Assembly: GCF_964204645.1 (NCBI RefSeq)
Contig: NC_134026.1
Coordinates: forward strand, 31,458,250-31,522,249
Direction: 5' to 3'
DNA from: Tubulanus polymorphus
Lineage: Eukaryota; Animalia; Nemertea
Length of the DNA stretch: 64,000 nucleotides
Part shown: one piece after another, positions 22,496-34,185 of the stretch
Layout of the letters: each line of letters begins with the position of its first letter
Position numbering within the stretch: the first letter of the stretch is position 1
Program-made: the position numbers and the translations under genes
Notes under the pieces: model-generated
What the model saw: the letters and a program-made list of their open reading frames with translations, nothing else
Database searches by the model: none
What the model was told of the DNA's origin: nothing

Positions 22496-22702
22496 GTGTT
22501 ACTAAAAACCATGCGCTACTAAAACGAAGACCTATGCACTTTGGGGTATTAGAACTATGCATGACTAAAAAGAAGTCCGAAGATACTCGAAATCATCACT
22601 TGGGGCACTCTGTACCACCACTGGCGGAAACGTAAATTGCCTGGTGGGTTTTCTCGGGCGCATATAGTCTTCGTTTTTAGTAGTGCTTCGTTTTAGAAAC
22701 AC
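22496..22702. mobile_element. MITE-like inverted-repeat element
   Basis: gtgttactaaaa...ctactaaaacgaagac at the left and gtcttcgtttttagtagtgcttcgttttagaaacac at the right. Confidence 0.55.
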
Positions 22703-24173
22703 TTGTAACAACGAATGACAAATTTCAAAATCAATCATATTTATTCTCATACAACAATTACACAAAATGCCAGGTTTGTGCTCGAGGAATTATAACGTAA
22801 GCTCCTCAAACACGTGGACTTTCAAAAAAACAACTAGTCCAACCACCATAGGCGTATAAACTATAAACGAGAGTTTATACGCCCATGGTCCAACCATAGA
22901 CTAAAACAGAAACGTCTATGGCCCACAACCATGGACTCTTAAACCGTGAGTCCATGGCTCCCCGCACTAAAACCAGAGATAAACCTGGCCAAATACTCTG
23001 GAAAGCGTAGGATTAAGTAATCAATCCGTTTTACATTTTTACATCATTTTATTTTCACATATCATATTATTAACTTTTCGCTTATTTGCTCAAATTTTAA
23101 TAGTAATTTTATTTCTATTACTATGCATGAAATTGTACTAACTTAAAACAAAGTTACATGTAGGCCTACAGGTTAAGGTATTTCGAAGTCTTTATCTACA
23201 ATACATTTCCACTACAGCTGATTTATATAATTTGCATCATAAACTTTGATCCATAAAAAAACGAAAATTGGACTAGTCTAAGATTATGAATTTGACAATG
23301 AACCATTGATGAACACCACAGTATGAATGACGAAACATGTATATCATTTTATTCTTACACAACAATTATACCACGCTAAATGAGTTATTTATAAAACAGT
23401 TCTACATAAAACCTTCAAATTCACTCACTCTGGAAAGCGTAAGGTAAACTAATTAATCTTAGTTATTACAAGAAAACTAAAAACATTGCCAAAAATTTCC
23501 TCGTCTGAGAGATTTCTTTAATTATCAACTAGCTTATTTCACAAATGTTAGCACTGAATTCTCGAGTTAGCCTATCAAGAAACAACTCCTTCTATTCTAT
23601 GCTCCTGCTAATTAAATCAGTATTTTATGAACCACTGAAAAGCACCACAGTGGAATTGTTGCTATAAAAATTAACAACTAAAAAGTTTCAACATGAATGA
23701 TGAAAATGTACATCGTTTTATGCACACAACAATAAAATCTTAATCGAGGAATCATCATGCAAATTCCTAATTTCCAAACATGCATTATGTGTTACAATTG
23801 CAGTCTCCAAGATAAAGCATTAAAACTAGAGATGGAACATACAGATTCACTCTGGAAATCTTAGTATCAACTAATCATTACTTTCACTAGAAAACTAGAA
23901 TTTTGCCTACTTTGCCTTGACTTAAAGATGTCCAAGCACCTTGGCATTAAATACTAAGTATTCTGATGTTTTTTTTATGGCAGCTTCGAAAACATCAACA
24001 TAATTATACAATCCGTAACTAATCAATAACATCAATAACTTAAGTTTATAGCTGTTTATCATTCTTTCTAAAAAGTAAAATGTATGTACCAGATTTTAGA
24101 TAGTAAGTCTACCCCCGTACAACAATCAACGGTCACAGCAGTGATTGAGCGCGGCTAGTTGAAAGGACGGGTC

Positions 24174-24320
24174 GATCTTTCATCACAGTTTTTCAAAGCA
24201 TTCTATCATATCAGTTATTTTCTTTAAGTGTGTTCGATTTAGTTAAGGTTTATGGTTATTCGTTTTGTTCATTACAATAATTGAGTTGATAGAATGCTTT
24301 GAATAACAACAGAAAAGATC
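24174..24320. mobile_element. MITE-like inverted-repeat element
   Basis: Perfect 17-bp inverted repeat ttcaaagcattctatca / tgatagaatgctttgaa plus outer gatcttt / aaagatc. Confidence 0.5.
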
Positions 24321-25799
24321 TCGGGTTTTCGCTATACTTAGGGAAGGTTGTTCGATAAATGAAGAACCTTGTTGATAAATATTGGAAAAAATGCCTTTTC
24401 ATGTAAATAGAATATTAATTTGTTGTTTGTTTCTATTGTTGTTTATTATTTTCATCTATTTTTTAATATTATCTATTTATGTTTGTACTTGTATTTTCTA
24501 TTATTTACTACTTATTATTTATTGGTTTTTTTTTAATTTATTTTTTTATTAATTTATGTACTTGTAGTTTGTATCATGTATTATTTATACTCCTCTATTT
24601 ACAACTGCAGGCATTTTTTCACTGTAAAGTTTCTGGGCCCATTTTAGAAAAGCACTACCGATTCACTGCCACTCCTTGATAATCATTATACACCCGATTT
24701 GAAGCGATTATTCACGAGAGCCATCTCGTGATATAGATTTACCAATTACAATAAAAGAAGTTCAAACAGCTATAAACAATGTTAAAACGTTCAAAATTAG
24801 TCCTAGCTATAATTTTATGCCTTGTTATTCCTAGCTTTACCTCTCAAATGTAAAAAATGGTCTCTTTCAAATAAAGCTTTTGATTTCAAATATGTAGCTA
24901 TGATCATCAAACAGATTGATGGAGGCTCAAAGTTAAAACTTGATGTGAAAATCGACATATACGATTCAATTGTGAATTCAGTTACATGGGCCTTCGAAAA
25001 TAAGTATCCATCAAATTAATACATCTACAATTCAGCAAATACTTAATATTTGTACATCAACACTGGTCTAACGTTATGTTCTATGTTTCCTAACTATGTG
25101 ATATCTACACGGACAAATAGCTATAGTTGACTATGTTTAACTATGGTAAAGTTTAAAGATTAAACTCACAATATCATGTTGAAACTATATCTCAGTTTAG
25201 GAGTTAACTCAAGACCTGCGAGCCCAAACAAGGCGCTCGACGCGACCATTTACTCCTAGTGACTAACTTAACTTGACTTCTCTATCGACCAAGGATCGAA
25301 GACCAAAATCGTGAATTAATGGAGCTTGGCTTTTATTAGACACTCAAATTGCATTAAACATTATAAGATAATTTCCTTTAAAATACTATATATTAGACTG
25401 GTTTGAAAAAGGGTGATAAGTAAAAAAAACAATACTTTACGACAGAAATCCGCTGTTGTCTTTGCCCCTCCTGGATCTCAGTGTTTATACGATGCGCTAT
25501 TGTTTATGCTGCTCCTAATAAGATGCACTATTGTCTTTGCTGCTTTTAAAACAATGCTTATCCTGAATCGGTGTTTATGAGATAATCCATTAGCTTTTTC
25601 GCTCGAATCAGTGTTTATAAGATTCACTATAGTCTCTGCTGCTCCTGATGAAATATTTTATAGAAATCAACCACCGTTTGTAGAAGAATCCATCGTTGAG
25701 TGATTAATCCGTTGCTGGCTCCTCAACTTCTAATCTGGGCTTCTGCAGTTTTCATCAGCAAATGGGTCAATCAGTATTCATCTACTTGTAGATTTTCTG

Positions 25800-27070
25800 A
25801 TTAGTAGCTGAAATTTAGATGCAAAAAAAGATATCCTGTAATGACAAAATATTTCAATAAGAATTAATCGTAATAATTCCATGTATATCAAGTTACCTTT
25901 TATGATTGCTGGTTTTGTTATTGGCGATTATCTCGTTAGTTGGTTGGTTAATGAATTCGATTCTGTTGGCCTCATCTGTTCGCTGTTCCAGTTGGTCGAT
26001 TTTGGACGAGTAGTTGATCTCAAACTGGGTTTTTTCTCATAATTGAAATTTAGCTGCAATGATTAAAAGAAGATATCCTGTAATGACAAAATATTTCAAT
26101 AAGAATTCATCATAATAATTACATGTATATCAAGTTACCTTTTAAAATTGTTTGGTTCGTAATCGGTGTGGATCATCTAAGTTTGTTGGTAAATGAGTTG
26201 AATTCTAATTGGCCTCATCTGTGCGCTGTTCCAATTGGTTGATTTTAGATGAGTAGTTGATCTCAAGCTGGGTTTTTCTGATAGTTGAAATTTAGCTGCA
26301 ATGACTAAAAGAAGATATCCTGTAATGACAAAATATTTCAATAAGAATCAATCATAATAATTTCATGTATATCAAGTTACCTTTTATGATTGCTTGGTTC
26401 GTAATCGGCGTGGATCATCTCAGTTGATTGATAAATGAGTTGCATTCTAATTGGCCTCATCTGTGCGCTGTTCCAGTTGGTCGATTTTGGACGAGTAGTT
26501 GATCTCAAGCTGGGTTTTTTCTGATAGTTGAAATTTAGCTGTAATGATTAAAAGAAGATATCTTGTAATGACAAAATATTTCAATAAGAATTAATCGTAG
26601 TAATTTCATGTATATCAAGTTACCTTTTATGATTGCTTGGTTATCGGCGATTATCCTATTAGTTGGTTAGTTAGTTGGCCTCATCTGTGCACTGTTCCAG
26701 TTGGTCGATTTTGGACGAGTAGTTGATCTCAAGCTGGGTTTTTTCTTATAGTTGAAATTTAGCTGCAATGATTAAAAGAAGATATCCTGTAATGAAAAAA
26801 TATTTCATTTAGAATTTATCGAAATAATTCCATGTATATCAAGTTACCTTTTATGATTGCTTGGTTATCGGCGATGATCCTATTAGTTGGTTAGTTAGTT
26901 GGCCTCATCTGTGCACCGTTCCAGTTGGTCAATTTTGGACGATTAGTTGATCTCAAACTGGGTTTTTTCTTATAGTTGAAATTCAGCTGCAATAAAAGAT
27001 ATCCTGTAATGACAAAATATTTCATTTAGAATTTATCATAATATTCCCATAAAAATAAACTTACATGTTA
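25800..27070 (-). repeat. ~230-245-bp tandem repeat, each unit resembling an exon plus a GT-AG intron on the minus strand
   Basis: About 5.5 copies with aaaag|gtaacttg donors and cttttaatcattgcag|ctaaat acceptors; no consistent open frame. Confidence 0.7.
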
Positions 27071-27226
27071 AGATTGATTGGTTGAGTATCGGTGACAATC
27101 TTCTGAGTTGGTTGGATTTTTCTGCGAGCGATTGGTAGATTTTGTTTGGTTGAGTATCGGTGATGATCATCTGAGTTGGTTTGATTCTTCTGCCGGGAGC
27201 GAAACAGGCGTTTTTTTTCAAAATCG

Positions 27227-27575
27227 GAAATCAAAGTACAGATATAGTTGTGTGATCGTCTGTCGATTTTACATAATTTTTTTTCGATAATTTTACAATA
27301 TTTGGTGATTTTTTTCGCATAAGTAGTCCGAAAGTTTACAAGGTTGAAGATAATTTTGTCTAATTTTTTTTTCGAAATCAAAGTACAGATATAGTTGTGT
27401 GATCGTCTGTCGATTTTACATAATTTTTTTTCGATAATTTTACAATATTTGGTGATTTTTTTCGTATAAGTAGTCCGAAAGTTTACAAGGTTGAAGATAA
27501 TTTTGTCTAATTTTTTTTTCGAAATCAAAGTACAGATATAGTTGTGTGATCGTCTGTCGATTTTACATAATTTTC
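27227..27575. repeat. 147-bp direct tandem repeat, ~2.4 copies
   Basis: gaaatcaaagtacagatatagttgtg at 27227, 27374 and 27521. Confidence 0.85.
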
Positions 27576-27929
27576 TTTCTTTAAATCCAAGCAATTGCGA
27601 AATTTTGTTCCAGTTCATTCAAACAATCTTCCAACCAGTCAGAAAGTGACCGATTGGGGTTAACTCTTTTTCTGCCTATTTTAATACATCGAGATTTTGG
27701 ATATCTTTATTACAAGGTTGAAGATCATTTTGTACATTCTATGACTAGTCGATTAGTAGTTTAGCTGGAAAAAAGAGCAGAATCTTGTGAGCAGAAAATC
27801 CTTTCGAATATCACTGATCATAATTAACGTGTCAATTCACATATAAGATCAGCAATGTGGACCGATACGTAGATTTTGATAATAGTCAATTATTAAATGA
27901 TATTTATATGAAATTCAACTCATATAGTT

Positions 27930-30450
27930 ATTCATCTATATTCTAGATATCTAAGCAATGGTTGATTATCATAGTTTAACAGCAATTCGATTAAAGCATC
28001 TATAGTCATCTTCAGGAATACCAGAGTTACAACAAATTAAATAATGCATAATCAATCTTATCAAATTGTTTTTGTACTGTTTCCCTATATACATTTCGAT
28101 TGTCAGCTAAACCATGTTCGTACTATCAAACTAACTTCAGTTAATAAACTTTAAGAGATATGTTTTCTACCCATAGGTGGTGACATCTGTGCCCAGTGAA
28201 TGTTATTCTAATCCATTCCAGTAATTCTAAATATTGCTTCTTATATTTACTGTTTACAGCTGCATATTTACAGCTTCTTATACTTACAGTTTTCTTATCA
28301 ACCCCTACGGTTTAGATTTGAGCACTTTTACCTTATATGAAGATGCTGAATTAATCTTCATCTTAGATACCTAATCACTCAATTAATTTCCTAGCTATAA
28401 TTAAAATTGTCTCTGACAATGTTTTATACGGGGCTTGATATTTCTACACGACAAGAATTTCAGATCTGGTTTCGATTGATCACTATTTCAAAATGCTTAT
28501 TTTGCATCAGAGCTTTTGATATCTAGTTTGACGAATACAGTATTCCCCAAAACCTAACTGATTCAATAGATCCCACACACATGTCGTCCAGTCATGACGC
28601 AGGTGACATTGCACGATACAGTCGTCTCATCCAATGCACTATTCTTTAAATACTTTTCACTTATATTCATTACATTGAATTGATTTTAATTAATCTTCTA
28701 GATATCTAAGCGATCCGTTAATTAGTAATCATACTAGCTACATTTTAATAGTCAGTTGAACACGGAGCCTGAAAATCTACATGAGTAGAATTTCAGATGT
28801 GGTGAATTAATCACTATTATGAATTCATCAGAAATTAAGATAAAAGCACATTTAAGTGGTAAATTAGAAATTCCCTTAAAGCCGATTTGCTATGTAATCT
28901 TTATTTCCCTTTTATAGTAGTACACTGTGTATAAGGATCGAAAGACCTTGTTATGACTGGACCTCCCTGGTGCGGTGCAAGACATGATGCTAGAAAATAG
29001 TTTGAAGGAGAGGGGTTAGTAAAAGAGAGCTATTAGCAAGAGGAATAAGACCTAAGTTAAGGACATCCTGTCAGAATAAGGCTCTCAATCTGACATACAC
29101 AGTGAAATTGAAATATTCCCCCTTCCAAATTCAGGAATGTATTTGTGCACGTACAGATTTGTTTCATCTCCCTTCGATCGGAAGTAAATCTGCGTGAAAT
29201 GATTTTGGCAATATGTATCAAAACTAATACAGCTGTATGAAGACACAATACTTAGATACAGATAAATAAATGTGCTTTAAATTTCCATGGACCTGAATTA
29301 AAAACTATTTCAAATAACATATTGAATTTACCTTAATCGTAGATATCTTATAGTAATACATTAATGAGTTATTCACCTTTGATTTTAATTGTCAGTTAAA
29401 CAATATCTATTACGCGTAACTTGACACACAGTATGGCTTTTAGATGAATCAGTTAAGTTTTGGTAAATTTTGGCAATATTGAAGACCAAGACCAGTCGCC
29501 GTAAGCACGGCAGTTGGAGATGTAAATACTGATCAGTCGATGAGACTGATTCAGATGTGCTCATACATATATCAGCTATATTTAAATTTTCAGTTTAACA
29601 ACATTTATATTATGGACCTGTATTACATATAAATAGTATTTGATCTTACATGAAATACTAAATTCAACTTAATTGTGGATCTAAGCCATTGGTTGATGAG
29701 CAATTTGTCCTATCTATACATACATGATAATTTTCAGTTAAATAATAATCATAGCGCAAAACAAGGCACAAGTATGGCTCTGTGGAATGTTTTGAACCAA
29801 TTAAAGCTTTGTTTTATTCTAGATTTATCAAAGTGGTGAGACCTAATCAAGGTTTCTGAAAAACCCGCAGTCCATAGATTTCCCCATATATATATTACAC
29901 CAGATCTCGATAGAGCCCTAGACACTATTTTATTCATCTTTCCCCCAGAAATTCATTAATGTAATGGGTAAAGCAGCATATAATATATAAGTGCCTGAAT
30001 GTTTATAAATGTATCAATATACTATTTGTAAAAAAAATCTATTAACTGACGATAAATTTGATTGATATATATCTTTACAAGTAAAGCCAGCCTAAATGTA
30101 TACGGGGCCCTAAAATATCTACACCAGAAGAGTTTCTCGTCAAACATTATAAGATATTGAATGATTGCTAATATCTAAGCGATTGGTTAATTAGTAAATT
30201 GTCCTATCTATATCTTGATTGTCAGTTAAACAATAGTCATATGAGGCCTGAATTATCTACGGTACATTCAGAAATTTTCATAAGATATTGAATTTACCTT
30301 AATTGTACATACTTACAAAATCTTTTAATCAATAACTGACCAATCTACATTTTAATTATCAGACCAAAGAATAATCAAGGGACCTCACTCAATCATTTCG
30401 CCTTGTAAATATTCAAGCAATCATTGCCCTAGCTATATTTCAATTTACTT
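27930..30450. repeat. Old, degenerate satellite-like region
   Basis: Recurrent motifs atatctaagc(g/a)attggtt, ttgtcctatctata, ttgtcagttaaacaata and gcctgaa(a/t)tatctac. Confidence 0.5.
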
Positions 30451-30926
30451 TTAACAATATACCGGCCATAGAGCTTCAATAAACTAGTGCGGAGATGGTG
30501 AGCTCGACCAGCGTCTCTCTCCTCTCCAGTGTCTATGCATTCTACCCCAGATATGAAAAATCAACTTAGCTTTATGTATGTATGCATTCCTGTTGCCATG
30601 CAGGATGAGACTGCCAGGTTCGGTTGCAGCAGGACTTTCGGTGTTTGGTTCATTCAACGTGGAGTCTTTTGTGGGCACTTCTGGTGGGCAGATTTTAGAT
30701 GGGCCTTTCCGGATTAACCTGAAATGAGTAAAAGAACGATATTCTGTAGTTACACAATCCTTTCTGTATCATACATCGTAATTTACATGTGTATCAACTT
30801 AACTTTCAATATTGCTGAGTTCAGTCTTCTTTTTTCGCCATCTTCTGTAGTCGCCTTCAGCATCTTCTTCTTCATCTTGGGAGTCCTGAAATGAAAAAAA
30901 AGAGAAGAGCGATGAAAACCTGGTAC

Positions 30927-31703
30927 GGAACAAAACTAATGTTCGAAAGCTTTACAGCTCTCCGTCGCCGGTCACATGCCCAGAACACCAGACAATGAGC
31001 CAGCCAGGAATATACTGCCCTCTACACGCCCTCACACAGAACGCAAAAACCAGGATGATGACGCCTCACATTCCCCATCTAACCACAGGGTGTACTGGGC
31101 GACGTCAGTAACTGACACACCTGTAAAATTGCACGAAACACAAATAGCGCAGTACAACCAGCTTGACCGGGTTGAGATTCAGGATCTCAACTAGCACCCA
31201 AAAGCGTGACAAGAGACTTCATCCACTGACCGAGGTTATCACAAGGACACAATGAAACTAGCACTCACAAGCCGACGAGAGACTTCATCCACTGACCGAG
31301 GTTATCACAAGGACACAATGAAAACTAGCACTCAAACTAGAAATCAAAGAGCGTGACAGTAGAATCATCCCTCAGCCGACTCAGAATACCAGAAACAAAG
31401 AGCGTGACAGTAGAATCATCCCTCATCCGGGTGGTCGCAAGGACACAATGGATGCTAGTAGCGTGACAATCCAGTATAACCGCTCCATTTGTATCCCGCG
31501 CAATCCCACAGATATGCCCGTCATTGACATCACTCAGCACACTTTGTAGATAGGTGGGGGCAGTGAGGCCTCGTCATCCTGGTTTTCGTGTTCCGTATGA
31601 GGGCGTGTAGAGGGCAGCCATTTCCTGACCGACTCTTTGTCTGACATCCTCGACACGTGACCGGCGAAGGAGAGCCGACGCTTTCGGACATTAGTTTTGT
31701 TCC
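30927..31703. mobile_element. Inverted pair of LINE (RTE-like) 3' fragments, 30927-31081 (+) and 31547-31703 (-)
   Basis: The two ~155-bp segments align as reverse complements. The minus copy translates to NVRKRRLSFAGHVSRMSD, typical of the C-terminus of RTE-clade ORF2. Confidence 0.55.
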
Positions 31704-34185
31704 AGCAAACGTTGAAATTCGACAGAGAAATCGGCCCTGAAAAATAAAACGGGTTAATTGCTGAAAAATAGAACGGATTAATGAACACATAACAGTACAG
31801 GACAGCACGGAGACGAACAGTAACACATAAAACATAAAGACGTCGTTCCTCAGGAAGCAGGAACAGGAGCAGGAGCGGGAGCGCAGCGAAAATCGCCAGG
31901 AGGAGAATCCACGGTAGCATGTTCACAGTGTGAGTGTGCAGAGGTGAATGGTCTATGCTTGTGTACACCGTGGTCAGCCGGTGACGTATTCAATAGCGCG
32001 TGTCAGAATGATATCAACAACTCTGAAAAACCGCAATTGTGTCTCTCTATCGTTGAATGGGTTTACATTATGGAAGGTTCCACCGCCGGGTTGAATACGC
32101 GCCAGTAGTCAGCTGAACAATATAGTGGAGGAACTTTAATAAGGCCATGAAATAAATTACTTGATTCCCAACAGCTACTTCCGAATTTATCAGTTTATTA
32201 GCCGCCGCCTGTTTTTTTCTTAAATTCTAGAATAGTTTATAAATTATACCGACCGATAGCTCTTCAGTTAAAGATTCACACCAACACACACAGGTCTTCA
32301 TATCATAGAAACCGCGTAAACATTTACTAATGAAATTAATTTATTAGTCACAACTACGTAAGGACAGTTCATGTACCCCGAGATACTAACTCACATCATG
32401 CACGAGGAAAGCGGTCTATTTGAGTCATTGGGGGAAAACCCACTAATACCATGTATTCATGATCATACTGTTATCATAGAATCCCGTCAATAGACAGATT
32501 TTCATTTAAAAAACTCCTTGATTCAATTGGAGGGGAGAAATATTAGGCTTTTTAATTACTTGGAGCACCGATCCTCTGAAATTCTGCCAAAAACTTCATG
32601 CTTGCCACTCATAATTTGAAAAAAAAACAAATTGTTTTCTTTAATTTTGATACTGGATTAAACGTACATCATCAAGTAAATTCAGGAAAGCTCATATTAG
32701 AATTTCGTTTCTTGTTCCAATTTACACTTATCCCATTTTTGATTTTGGTCAAAGAGTATGGCGGTATCAAATCATGCGTACAGGGTCAGTCTGTCCATGA
32801 GGATACTAGTTGTGATAAGTCAGACAAGTCATGATTAGGCATTGATGCAATTCACTAAGTGAAAAACTGCCACCTGCCATTTTTTTCCGCATTAAGTGTT
32901 AAATTTTGCTTAAGCCTACAAAAATCATGTCATCATTGATGCCGGTCCTCTGATAGAAGAATACTCAAAAGAAATTTTGGAAATTTTTTGGAACTATTGA
33001 CAAACTTTTGTAAACAACCAATTCACCATCGGGTCAAACGCTTGAAAAATCCTTTTCAGAAATAATTTTTAAAAACTAGAATATTTCTGTTTACGGTAAT
33101 GAAAATATATTTATTTACATCTTTCTGATAATACTCAAAATCTGTCATTATTTCAACGACGACAACAAAACCTGCACCAACTTTTTCTTCATAATATCAG
33201 CGAAATATTGAAATAACTCGGAAAGAAAACAAGAGATCTTTAAATATATGAGTATATACTATCAATACATAAGTAACATAGAAATAAAAAGAATCTTTGG
33301 TCCCAGTTTCACAAACTGTAACTATAAAATAACTGAACAATAAAACAATTATTACACTCTTATTGGCAGTGATACAAGACTTAAACAACAATTTGAACAC
33401 AGTTCTGCATTAACTTTTATTCAAGGGTTAAACTTAACAACCTGAAACTGTGGAACTGGTCCAGATTCTTAAAGATCAGGGAATTCCCTCTAGTGGGGGA
33501 TGTTTCCTTGTGCCAATTGTCCCCATTAAGAACAACAAGACGCACAAGAAATCGTCAAATTCCCTGATTTTCCTCACTGGGAAAAATTAATCCGGAATTC
33601 TCTGATCTGTAAAAACAACAGAAGCCATAGGGATAAGTATTGAAGATCGGTGTTCACAGGTGTTCAACGTCGGTGTTTACAGGTGTTCAACGTCGGTGTT
33701 CAGGACCAGTGTTCAACGTCGGTGTTCATGACCAGTGTTCATGACCAGTGTTCTGGTTCAGGACCGGTGTTCATGACCAAAATAAAATGTTGGATGATCT
33801 AAAATATATAATTACAGAATAATTCCTTCAGAGATTCCTTCTTCATACCTGATTCTAAGAGATAATGTGATTTAAAATGATGGCAAGAATGAATACAGTT
33901 AACCCTGTGTCCTAGCGACAGTCAAGCACTGCAACAAAGCAGATCACTATAAGAGTAATTCAGATTCATGCATCAATTACCAGGACCCACGAAATCACCA
34001 CGGGCCCGGGCTCTAGCCGCGGGTTAATCACCTATACCCAATCACCATGGCTACCTAAGCACTTGGGCCCAATCACACGGGCCTAATAAGTTGCCCAATA
34101 ACCCCAACTCGAAGTACCTGGGCCCGATCGACAGCCCTATCACCCAGCATCAAACCTACCATAGCACTAATAAATAGCACAAGCA

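Noticed and set aside
27061-27618. 185-aa Lys/Ile-rich minus ORF with 49-aa repeats
   Set aside because: It is open because the repeat unit (147 bp) is a multiple of 3; no recognisable domain. The match to nucleosome core length is probably coincidence.
31534-31968. ORF with hydrophobic N-terminus (MLPWILLLAIFAALPLLLL) as a secreted protein
   Set aside because: The hydrophobic run comes from a ctcctg-type microrepeat and the C-terminal part is a LINE fragment; there is no coherent gene model.
33899-34027. TTAACCC...GGGTTAA as a second piggyBac MITE
   Set aside because: The inverted match beyond the terminal 7 nt is weak.
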